DNA of 64,000 bases from a bacterium (lineage in GTDB: Bacteria; RBG-13-61-14; DATKZS01), in assembly GCA_963674965.2 (NCBI GenBank), contig CAXXFL010000007.1, positions 345,034-409,033 of the forward strand, in the 5' to 3' direction. Every line of letters begins with the position of its first letter. Position 1 is the stretch's first letter. The position numbers and the translations under genes were made by a program. This document shows positions 55,321 to 62,694 of this stretch, piece after piece. Below the pieces are notes generated by a model that was given only the letters and a program-made list of their open reading frames with translations, was not told the DNA's origin and searched no databases.

Positions 55321-56655
55321 CTAGAGTTGTTCCTTCATATAGGGGGTCCATTTCCTTTGTTTCGCCTTTTCGGCGACCACCTCGATAAACGCGTCTATCC
55401 TGCTCATGGTCTGGGCCTCGTTGAAGCTGGAGGGATCGACCATGTCGCTCTCGAGGAGGAGGCTGGGCGCTCCCAGTTCCTCCATCAAGGTATGCTGTAT
55501 CTCCATCTGGTTGACGTAAAGAGCCCGGCAGGTGGGCGTGTAGCTGAGGATGGCCCCGTCGCAGTTGTAGTCCACCACCGCCTTGACCACCGAGGCCACC
55601 ATGCCGTTCATGCCCCATTTCTCCGGCTCCCGGTTGGGGTTGCCGCTGGACTGGGCGGCGCAGCCGTAGGCCGTGTCGATGACCACTACCCCGCCCTTTT
55701 GCTCGAAGTAGTTGATCAGTCCCAGGTTGTACCAGAAGGGTATGCCGCTCCAGACCAGGCGGAACTTCTCATCCTCGACGATGCCGATCTTGTTATCCAT
55801 CCGCTCCTTGACCTCGGCCCGAAGCCGGGAGTAAAAGTCGTCGGCCAGGGGCGTGCCCGGCATGTACATCCCCGGAAACATGGCCGCGAAGGCGTCGGCC
55901 GACCCCATGGGCGTGGGAATGGCCTTCCTGTACTCGTTGATCTCCCGCCTGATTTTGCTGACCCTGCCGCTGGCCTTCTGAATCTCGGCCAGGCGCTTGG
56001 CGTCCATTTTTTTGCCGCACACGTCCTCGAGGAACTTGATATAGCCGGCGTAGTTCTGGCCGCCGAAGCCCATGGTATGGGGGGCGTCCTTCCTGCCTAT
56101 CTGGATGCCGGCCGTCTCCATGTCGCCGCCCGTGATGGTGGCGCCCTTCCTGCCGATGGGAGGCATCTCGGGGGCCTCGAGAACGTAAACGGGAACCTCC
56201 AGCATTTCGCCCATCAGCTCCCACCACTTGACCCGCGTGTCGCAAACGGCCGTGGTGGTGATGAGCATGTCGGGCCGCTTCATGCCGCCGAGGGGAGCGT
56301 CCTCGGGGAACCCCTCGAGGATGTAGCCGATGGTGATGCGGGCGTAGCCGCACATCTCGCGGGAAAGTCCCCACTCCTCGGCGCGGCTGATGAAGCGGAA
56401 CGGGTTGCCCCGGGTCGCCACCACCGTGCCGTACTGCTCCGGATAATAGGCCAGAACGTCCATGGCCTGCATGGGCTGCTTGGGCACCGCCACCCCGCAC
56501 CAGGCTATCTTCTGGCCCGGGTCCCCCACCTTCTCCGCCCGCTCGGCGTAATAGTCCTTGACTATCTGAGATATCTCCTGAGTGGTCTTAAGGTGCTTTT
56601 TGCCCCGCATGCGGTTGGCTTTTTTTACCTCTTCCGAGTCCTTTAATTCGCTCAT
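55321..56655 (-). CDS. 2-hydroxyacyl-CoA dehydratase / benzoyl-CoA reductase BcrC-BadD-HgdB family protein, larger subunit
   Basis: HGD-D-family pattern: KIAWCGVAVPKQPMQAMDVLAYYPEQYG, MCGYARITIGY, TTAVCDTRVKWWE, TPTCRALY. ATGA overlap with the upstream subunit. Confidence 0.8.
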   Translation of the reverse strand: MSELKDSEEVKKANRMRGKKHLKTTQEISQIVKDYYAERAEKVGDPGQKIAWCGVAVPKQPMQAMDVLAYYPEQYGTVVATRGNPFRFISRAEEWGLSREMCGYARITIGYILEGFPEDAPLGGMKRPDMLITTTAVCDTRVKWWELMGEMLEVPVYVLEAPEMPPIGRKGATITGGDMETAGIQIGRKDAPHTMGFGGQNYAGYIKFLEDVCGKKMDAKRLAEIQKASGRVSKIRREINEYRKAIPTPMGSADAFAAMFPGMYMPGTPLADDFYSRLRAEVKERMDNKIGIVEDEKFRLVWSGIPFWYNLGLINYFEQKGGVVVIDTAYGCAAQSSGNPNREPEKWGMNGMVASVVKAVVDYNCDGAILSYTPTCRALYVNQMEIQHTLMEELGAPSLLLESDMVDPSSFNEAQTMSRIDAFIEVVAEKAKQRKWTPYMKEQL

Positions 56656-57782
56656 TCCCCAAGTATCTCCGTGAACGCTTTTACGCGGTTGGTTATGGCC
56701 TCGTTAATCCCCGCCGTCTGGTCGCCCTGGATGTAGAGGACCTTGTGGCCCGCCTCCCGGGTCCGCTGGTTTAAAAGGGGATACTGGAACAACTGGGCGT
56801 CGCAGCAGCGCAGGATGTAGAAGATCACCCCGTCCACGGCGTAGTCGTCTCCCAGCGACAGGATATGCTCCCTCCTGGGCGCCATGGAGCCGACGCTTCG
56901 GGGACAGGGCAGCTTGTTAAGGTATCTTTTGGCCAGGGCGTCGATGGGCTTCTCGAGGTCTTCTCCCACCTCGTCCCAGAAATAGCGGCTGCCGGTGCAC
57001 ACGTCGTCGGCCACCACCCAGGCTCCCGAGTCCTCGATCGCCCCGATCAGGTCCAGGTCCTCGAGCATGCTGGCGGTCACGAGCACGCGGGGGCGTCTTT
57101 CCAGGCTCGACTCTTTCCCCTCCATTTCCGCCAGGTAATCCCTTGCCCATCGGTTGAAGTCTTCCCTCGGGGCCAGGATCGAGGCCAGGGCGACGGTAAA
57201 GGCGTCGCGGCCGCTGATGACGGGAGGGTTCGAGGCCCGGAGCCGGTAGACGCGCTTCATGAGCCTCCTGGTCTCGTCGTATATCTTGATGGCCTCCCGC
57301 AGGGAGTCGTCGGATATCTCAGTCCCCAGGTGGTTCTCGAGCTCCTTTTTCAGGCGCTTTATCTCGCCCACCATGACCGCCTGGGCGTTCTTGTCGAACA
57401 CCTTGTGGGGCACCCACACGTAATGTATGAAATCGGGCGATTCCATGCGGTAGGCCCACAGGTCGTACATCTTGGTTATCACGTCGCAGGCGTGAGGCAC
57501 GACCAGCCCGTCCAGGTAGTCGAAGACTCCCTGCAGGGCCTGCTCGAAACAGCGTCGGGAAAAGGAGCAGACGTTGGACTGGAGGTGGTTGTCCGCTTTT
57601 TCCACGTTGCCCACCCCGCCGGTTATACGGATGGTATCGTAGCCCGCCGCGTAAAGGACCTCCTCGGGCACGTAGTCGCAGAAGTAACCCGCCAGCTTGC
57701 GGCCGGTCTCCTTTTTACGCCCGGCTATCCACTCGTGACGATTGGACACGACCTCGCGAAAGGGCGCCATTTTGTCGCTCAT
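56652..57782 (-). CDS. 2-hydroxyacyl-CoA dehydratase family protein, smaller subunit
   Basis: KLAGYFCDYVPEEVLYAAGY, SNVCSFSRRC, VPHACDVITKMYDLW, DDVCTGSRYF, LRCCDAQ. ATG 57782 forms an ATGA overlap with the ligase stop (the track starts at GTG 57788). Confidence 0.8.
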   Translation of the reverse strand: MSDKMAPFREVVSNRHEWIAGRKKETGRKLAGYFCDYVPEEVLYAAGYDTIRITGGVGNVEKADNHLQSNVCSFSRRCFEQALQGVFDYLDGLVVPHACDVITKMYDLWAYRMESPDFIHYVWVPHKVFDKNAQAVMVGEIKRLKKELENHLGTEISDDSLREAIKIYDETRRLMKRVYRLRASNPPVISGRDAFTVALASILAPREDFNRWARDYLAEMEGKESSLERRPRVLVTASMLEDLDLIGAIEDSGAWVVADDVCTGSRYFWDEVGEDLEKPIDALAKRYLNKLPCPRSVGSMAPRREHILSLGDDYAVDGVIFYILRCCDAQLFQYPLLNQRTREAGHKVLYIQGDQTAGINEAITNRVKAFTEILGE

Positions 57783-59605
57783 CTCCACGTCTCCAATACC
57801 TGCTCCCTCCCGTTTTGCCTGAACTCGTTCACCAGCGATTCCAAGTCGGATTTCATAAAGGGCCTGTACCCGTCAAGGCCGCGCCTGGTGTGCCAAATGG
57901 TCCCCTCCGGCGCGTACTCGAGGTTGTAGTACTCGTGCTTGAGAGGACGGACCAGAATCTTCTGGGTGCGGGTGTACTCGAAATCGCTCACCACCCTGAC
58001 GAAGTCGGGTTTCCATTTTCTGTCCATGTCCCCGCCCGAGGCCTGTCTTTCCATGTAGTCGTTGAAGGCGGCGGGATCGAAGGATTTTCCCTCCTTCATC
58101 TGGAGGGCGACCATGACCCACTCGTCCGACACCGGGCAGGGCACTCCGAAGGCCACGGCCAGCTCGGCGTCGGGAAAGGCGGCCGCCACCGAGGCCACGT
58201 TCTCGGCCGAGAAGTTCTCTCCGTCCTTTCTGATCCAGTCGTCGGTCCTGCCGTCGAAATACAGATACCTTTTATTCGCCACCACCCTGATGTGGCCCAG
58301 GTCTCCCGAGTGGTAGACGCCGTCGCGTATTTTCGAGGAGGTGGCCTCGGGGTTGTTATGGTAGCCCTCGAAGGAGGGCAGGGCCCCGCCCTCCCTTACT
58401 ATCTCTCCCACCGCCTCCTGGTAGTTGAGGAAGCGGCCCTTCTCGTCGTACTCGGCGGGCGGGCACTCCCGGCCGTGCTCGTTGAAAATCTTCACGTTGC
58501 GGTCCATGATGAAGCCCACGCTTCCGGGCGGGTCTCCCAGCCTTCTCACGGTGGCGATGGCCATCTCGGTGGTGCCGTATCCCTCCATCATGTCCTCGAG
58601 CCCGAAGTAGCGGGTGAACTTTTCCTGGTCCACCTGGGAGGCCCCGTTGCCGTAGGCCACGCGGAGCTTGTTGGCCGGGCTTTGGGCCACGTTTCTTACG
58701 ATCTCCTCCTCGCTCCCGTACTTTTTCTCGAGGGCCAGGATAACGTAATGCACCGGCTGGCCCACGTAGTTCCAGTAGGTCACCCCGTATTTCAGGACGT
58801 CCTCGGAGAAGCCGCCGGCGCTGAAGCGGTCGCGGAGCACGGTCGAGGCGTTCCAGTGAAAGGCGCTCATCACGCCCAGGAACATGGCGTTCGAGTGGAA
58901 AAGGGGCATGCAGACGTAGCCCCGGTCGTTCTCCTTGAGCTGGAGGGCCACGCCCGTGGCCATGCCCAGGTTCATGAGCTTGCCTTGCGAGTTCCTGATG
59001 CCCTTGGGCAGCCCGGTGGTCCCCGAGGTGTAGATGATCATGAGGGTCGAGTCCATGGCCACCTCGGCCTCGGGCCGGACGAGGGCCTCGTCGCCCATCT
59101 CGCCTCTCAAGTCCGAAACCGCTTTGTCCAGGGGGGGAAGATCGGGGGGCACGAAGCCCTCCTTGCCCGTGTCCACCAGATAGGTCCGCTCGGGCGTTAT
59201 GTACTCGAGGTTGTCCATGACGTCCATTACGCGGTCCTGGTGGCGGTCGTCGGTGATGAGGCTCCTGGCCTCGGACTGGTTGAGGACGTCCGCCAGCACC
59301 TGCCCCCTCAGGCCGGCGTTGACCCCGAACAGGGTCCCGCCGTTCAGGGCGCAGCCTCCATAGGCGAAGATAAAGGAGGGGTGGTTGTCCATGAACACGG
59401 CGGCGCGGGGGGCCCGATTGCCTCCGCCCGCTTTATTATGGTCCCTCCTGAAGAGGTGGGCGAAGGTGGAGGACTCCCGGTAAAAGTCCGCGTAAGCGTA
59501 CTCCTTGTCCTGGAAGATGAAAAAGGTCTTGTCCTTTATTTTTTCGTCCAGGGCCTTGGCCTCCATCTGGTCGGCCACGGTCCTTTGAAACTTCTTTTCC
59601 GCCAT
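57779..59605 (-). CDS. AMP-forming acyl-CoA synthetase
   Basis: The track ORF extends to 60070, antisense-overlapping the panE-like gene. ATG 59605 (MAEKKFQ) follows GAAGGGA. IIYTSGTTGLPKGIRNSQ, GYGTTE. Confidence 0.85.
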   Translation of the reverse strand: MAEKKFQRTVADQMEAKALDEKIKDKTFFIFQDKEYAYADFYRESSTFAHLFRRDHNKAGGGNRAPRAAVFMDNHPSFIFAYGGCALNGGTLFGVNAGLRGQVLADVLNQSEARSLITDDRHQDRVMDVMDNLEYITPERTYLVDTGKEGFVPPDLPPLDKAVSDLRGEMGDEALVRPEAEVAMDSTLMIIYTSGTTGLPKGIRNSQGKLMNLGMATGVALQLKENDRGYVCMPLFHSNAMFLGVMSAFHWNASTVLRDRFSAGGFSEDVLKYGVTYWNYVGQPVHYVILALEKKYGSEEEIVRNVAQSPANKLRVAYGNGASQVDQEKFTRYFGLEDMMEGYGTTEMAIATVRRLGDPPGSVGFIMDRNVKIFNEHGRECPPAEYDEKGRFLNYQEAVGEIVREGGALPSFEGYHNNPEATSSKIRDGVYHSGDLGHIRVVANKRYLYFDGRTDDWIRKDGENFSAENVASVAAAFPDAELAVAFGVPCPVSDEWVMVALQMKEGKSFDPAAFNDYMERQASGGDMDRKWKPDFVRVVSDFEYTRTQKILVRPLKHEYYNLEYAPEGTIWHTRRGLDGYRPFMKSDLESLVNEFRQNGREQVLETWR

Positions 59606-59646
59606 GTCTGGTCCCTTCGCGGTTATTTTTATTGGGGGTGGGCCGT

Positions 59647-60624
59647 TCAGGCCTCGCCCTTTTCCCTGGCCACCTCGGCCAGGCGCTTGGCCTCGATGGT
59701 CTTGACCAGCCCATACATGGTCTCGTTGACCGGCGTGGGCACGCCGTGCTCCTGGCCCAGCTTGATGATGGCGCCGTTTATATAGTCGATCTCGGTGACG
59801 CGTCCGGCCTCGATATCCTGGAGCATGCTCGGCTTGGGGGGGGAGAAGGTCTTGACCTTGGCCGCCATCTTCGCGCCCATCATGATCATGTCGATGAAGT
59901 TGCGCTGGTGCTTGATCTTCACGCCCATGGCGTCGGACAGGGCGAAGTACTCGTTGGCCAGGCCCTTGAAGACGGGCCCGATGGACTCGGTGTTGGCCAT
60001 GTCGATGACGTTCATGCCCGTGACCGCGGCGGTGCAGTTGAGGACGGCGTTCCACAGTATCTTGTTCCACACCACCTCGTCGGCGGTGTCGTAAATCTTC
60101 ACCGGCAGCTTGAGGGCCTTGAGGGCCGCGGCCAACTCCTCGAGGCGGGGCGTCTTGCCGCCGGCCATGGGGCCCAGGTCCACGCCGTCGGCGCCGGGGA
60201 AATAGACGATGTGAGTGGGGGCCTCGACCAGGAAGTTATGGGCCGTGGTCACGGCCACAATGCGCTCGGGCTTGCCCACGGCCTCCTCGATGACCTTGAG
60301 GTTTCCGTAGCCGTTCTGGAAGCTGGCCACCATGGTATCGTCGCCGATCACGGACCTGGCGCCCTCAACGGCGGCCTTGGTGTGGTAGGCCTTGGTGCCC
60401 AGTATGACCACGTCCGGCTTGCCGGCGTCGGCCAGGTTGGCGGTGATGTTGACCTTGTACTCGCCGCTTTTACCGCCGGCCTGGCTGATGGTAAGGCCCT
60501 TTTCCTTTACCTGCCTGACGTAGTCCTCGCGCACGTCGTAAAGGGTCACGTCGGCCCCGGCCTCAGTTAAAAAGGCCCCGACGAAACCGCCCAAAGCTCC
60601 CGCGCCAACGATCAATAACTTCAT
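59647..60624 (-). CDS. Ketopantoate reductase (PanE/ApbA) family NAD(P)-dependent 2-oxoacid reductase
   Basis: MKLLIVGAGALGGFVGAFL Rossmann start, VILGTKAYHT, QNGYGN, ApbA_C-like C-terminus. RBS GGAGGT. Confidence 0.8.
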   Translation of the reverse strand: MKLLIVGAGALGGFVGAFLTEAGADVTLYDVREDYVRQVKEKGLTISQAGGKSGEYKVNITANLADAGKPDVVILGTKAYHTKAAVEGARSVIGDDTMVASFQNGYGNLKVIEEAVGKPERIVAVTTAHNFLVEAPTHIVYFPGADGVDLGPMAGGKTPRLEELAAALKALKLPVKIYDTADEVVWNKILWNAVLNCTAAVTGMNVIDMANTESIGPVFKGLANEYFALSDAMGVKIKHQRNFIDMIMMGAKMAAKVKTFSPPKPSMLQDIEAGRVTEIDYINGAIIKLGQEHGVPTPVNETMYGLVKTIEAKRLAEVAREKGEA

Positions 60625-60740
60625 GTTCTTACCTCCATGCGTCTGATGGATAATCGCGCCGTCCCGTGCCCTTTGGGCCTTGGAACGTTAGCCGGTTTTA
60701 ATTAATGTCCGGCTTATCTCAATTTTAAATATCTTAGCCT

Positions 60741-60928
60741 GGAGCCTCTTGCAAAATTCCCGCTTTGGAGTGCGGCGGCTCGACGCCGCTTTTCTTCCGA
60801 GCGGCTTGACGCGAGGCAAGCCGGTGTATTAATAGGCCTTGTCAAGCCAAAGCCCTCGAAAGCGGTCTCAAGCGACCGCACTCCAAAGCGGCTATGCCGC
60901 AAAGAAAAGGACTTTTGCAAGAAGCTCC
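60741..60928. repeat. Roughly 190-nt imperfect inverted repeat that folds as a long rod-like hairpin (candidate structured RNA or palindromic element)
   Basis: GGAGC/GCTCC (5 bp), CTTGCAAAA/TTTTGCAAG (9 bp) and GCTTTGGAGTGCGG/CCGCACTCCAAAGC (14 bp), all perfect. They enclose about 100 nt with further stems (GGCTTGAC/GTCAAGCC, GCCGCT/AGCGGC, GCGGTC/GACCGC). Confidence 0.6.
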
Positions 60929-60952
60929 CTAGTCTCGTATTTCTTATCCATA

Positions 60953-60981
60953 AATATATCAAACGTTATTTCCAGTTCAAC
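60953..60981 (+). repeat. Direct repeat copy 1 (AATATATCAAACGTTAT + tTccAgtTCAAC)
   Basis: 17 of 17 identical to copy 2 over AATATATCAAACGTTAT, then 7 of 12. Confidence 0.6.
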
Positions 60982-61092
60982 AAAAAAACGGCCCTTTCAA
61001 AACGACAATTAATGAGGCCTGTATTTTCCGATCCCGCCGCCGCGACTCGCGTTCTCCTCGTCCCGCAAGTTAGAGCCTTTTAATGAAGCATT

Positions 61093-61121
61093 AATATATC
61101 AAACGTTATCTGGATGTCAAC
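61093..61121 (+). repeat. Direct repeat copy 2 (AATATATCAAACGTTAT + cTggAtgTCAAC)
   Basis: Lies 140 bp from copy 1 in the same intergenic region. Confidence 0.6.
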
Positions 61122-61190
61122 CCCGAATAACAAGAAGCGAAAATATTATGCCCGCCGGAAACCAAAAACCAAAAAAACGCCGCGGCGGGG

Positions 61191-61670
61191 TCAAGGAAAC
61201 CAAAGATCGCGCTCCACGTTTTCCAGATTTCCCTTTTCGTCAATGGTCCAGACGTCGCATTGGAGGTCGGGGTCAACGTTGCCGACGCCGTATATGGGAA
61301 AGCCCGTCCTGGAAGGAGTGGGAGGATCGAAATCGCATACCCAAAATTTCCGCGTCGCCTCGATCATATCGGACCCGCAATAGTAGCTATAACTGATGTT
61401 TCCCTCAGGTCCCCAGCCCAAGGCGGAAAAACAATCCGGCCCCGAGGCGAAAACGCCGTTAGCCGCGTGATAATTTTCCTGGGCCTTGTAGATGTCCCGG
61501 AGAATGTGTTTAACCTCGGCTTGAACGGTCTTGGCGTTTTGATCCTCGGCCACCTTGACCACGAACATGATAACCAATACCCAGATTATGGGGGGAACCT
61601 GTATCGAAACGGCGATTATAAGATATCGCCTCTTTTTGGAAGGCGCCCGGTATTGCCCCATCTGGCCCAT
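61191..61670 (-). CDS. Pilin-like protein with a degenerate prepilin leader
   Basis: The track starts at TTG 61676; ATG 61670 lies 15 nt after the upstream stop. Basic leader and hydrophobic helix (KKRRYLIIAVSIQVPPIIWVLVIMFVV), then AKTVQAEVKHILRDIYKAQENYHAANGVFAS...LGWGPEGNISYSYY. This resembles the alpha1-C/alpha-beta loop of type IVa pilins such as M. xanthus PilA, as recalled. Confidence 0.55.
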   Translation of the reverse strand: MGQMGQYRAPSKKRRYLIIAVSIQVPPIIWVLVIMFVVKVAEDQNAKTVQAEVKHILRDIYKAQENYHAANGVFASGPDCFSALGWGPEGNISYSYYCGSDMIEATRKFWVCDFDPPTPSRTGFPIYGVGNVDPDLQCDVWTIDEKGNLENVERDLWFP

Positions 61671-61685
61671 CCGCAAAGGTCCTTG

Positions 61686-62567
61686 TTACAAGTCGGGATT
61701 GATAAGATACTCGTCGATGCCCACGCCCTTCTGGCCCGTCTCGAGGTTAACGAAGTCGGCGAAGTTCTCGTGGATCACCACGCCCTCTCCTTTTTCCTTC
61801 ATGGGCAGGAAGAGGCCGGAGAACTTTTTGCTCTCGAATTTCCAGGCCCCACCGTCCTCGTCAACCCCATGGTAGCGCGAGCCCGAGGGTACCCCGTTTT
61901 CGAAGTCCGTGTTCTCGACGTTCATGCGGACGATCCTCTTGTTGCCCTCGGCCGAGCTGATGAAGCCCGACCCAATAAAGGCCTTGCCGATGACCGCGCG
62001 GTAAAGATTGGCCGTCTTGTCCTCCATCTGGATGGCGACCCAGTTCCAGGCCGTGACCTTGCTCTCGTTCCTGTAGCCCCAGGAATGGTCGCGATGGCCC
62101 AGGCAGCTTATCTTGCGCTCCTTGCCGTCCTTCTCGATCGAGCCCTCGCAGGTAAGGGCCTGCTCGTAGTGCTCCATCGAGGCCGCCTTGCCCGGCTTGT
62201 GGCGCTTGGCCATGGCGTAGTCGAAGATGGGAAAACGGGCCGCGTAGTTAAGCTCGACCTTGTGGCGTGGGCCGTCGAAGGTAAGGCGGAATTTCTTGAA
62301 GGGCTCGAGGAACTCGAACTTGAGCTTGCCGTCCGTCAGCTCGTCCATTTTGTCCTCGATATCTATCATTTGGGAGTACATTAGGACTTCGCCGTCCACC
62401 ACGTGGAAGGCCGAGAACCTTCCCTGCCGCCGGTGGCGCATGAGGGACACGTGGTTGATGCCCCAGGCGTTATTTGGCTTGTCGATAAAATTGAAGTACC
62501 AGTTTTCCTTCCAGTGGGAATCCAGGGGCTTGGGATAATCGTGGATGTACTCGTCTCTTGCTTCCAT
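61686..62567 (-). CDS. Hypothetical beta-rich protein (motif GHRDHSWGYR; AttH/CrtC-like at best)
   Basis: 293-aa ORF with RBS AAGGAG and no signal peptide. The family guess is weak. Confidence 0.55.
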   Translation of the reverse strand: MEARDEYIHDYPKPLDSHWKENWYFNFIDKPNNAWGINHVSLMRHRRQGRFSAFHVVDGEVLMYSQMIDIEDKMDELTDGKLKFEFLEPFKKFRLTFDGPRHKVELNYAARFPIFDYAMAKRHKPGKAASMEHYEQALTCEGSIEKDGKERKISCLGHRDHSWGYRNESKVTAWNWVAIQMEDKTANLYRAVIGKAFIGSGFISSAEGNKRIVRMNVENTDFENGVPSGSRYHGVDEDGGAWKFESKKFSGLFLPMKEKGEGVVIHENFADFVNLETGQKGVGIDEYLINPDL

Positions 62568-62694
62568 GTCCGTCTCCTTCTCTCCGCCGACGCGGGTTAT
62601 TCTGGGCCATGACTCTCGGCCCCGCTTTAACGCCGCCGATTACAACATGGAATTATTTCGTTGTAAAGAAAGGGCACATAACGAAACGGGAGCC

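Noticed and set aside
53539-56646. 1035-aa plus-strand ORF, and many similar long ORFs (e.g. 57815..59785, 7141..8388, 28606..30024, 14852..15826, 40591..41655).
   Set aside because: They run antisense to genes with strong family signatures. They are Arg/Gly/His/Pro/Val-rich with no motifs and no RBS. This is the expected stop-codon-poor shadow ORF of a high-GC genome.
60657-60671. Sigma-54 promoter candidate on the minus strand (GGGCACgggacgGCG) about 40 nt upstream of the operon ATG. A second candidate lies at 61065-61077 (GGCtctaacTTGC).
   Set aside because: In both, the GG-to-GC spacing is one nt shorter than the strictly conserved TGGCAC-N5-TTGC geometry. I could not run a PWM scan.
60741-60928. 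Hairpin element as a retron msr/msd or a CRISPR-related structure.
   Set aside because: There is no reverse transcriptase, cas gene or repeat-spacer periodicity nearby. A 6S-like identity remains only a loose architectural analogy (see findings).
60714-60962. 82-aa minus-strand ORF covering the hairpin element.
   Set aside because: It is entirely explained by the inverted repeat. It is Arg/Ser/Leu-rich and has no RBS.
62640-62680. TTTCGTT-N17-AACGAAA hairpin after the 62695 gene.
   Set aside because: It has a long loop and no T-tract, so it is not convincing as a terminator.
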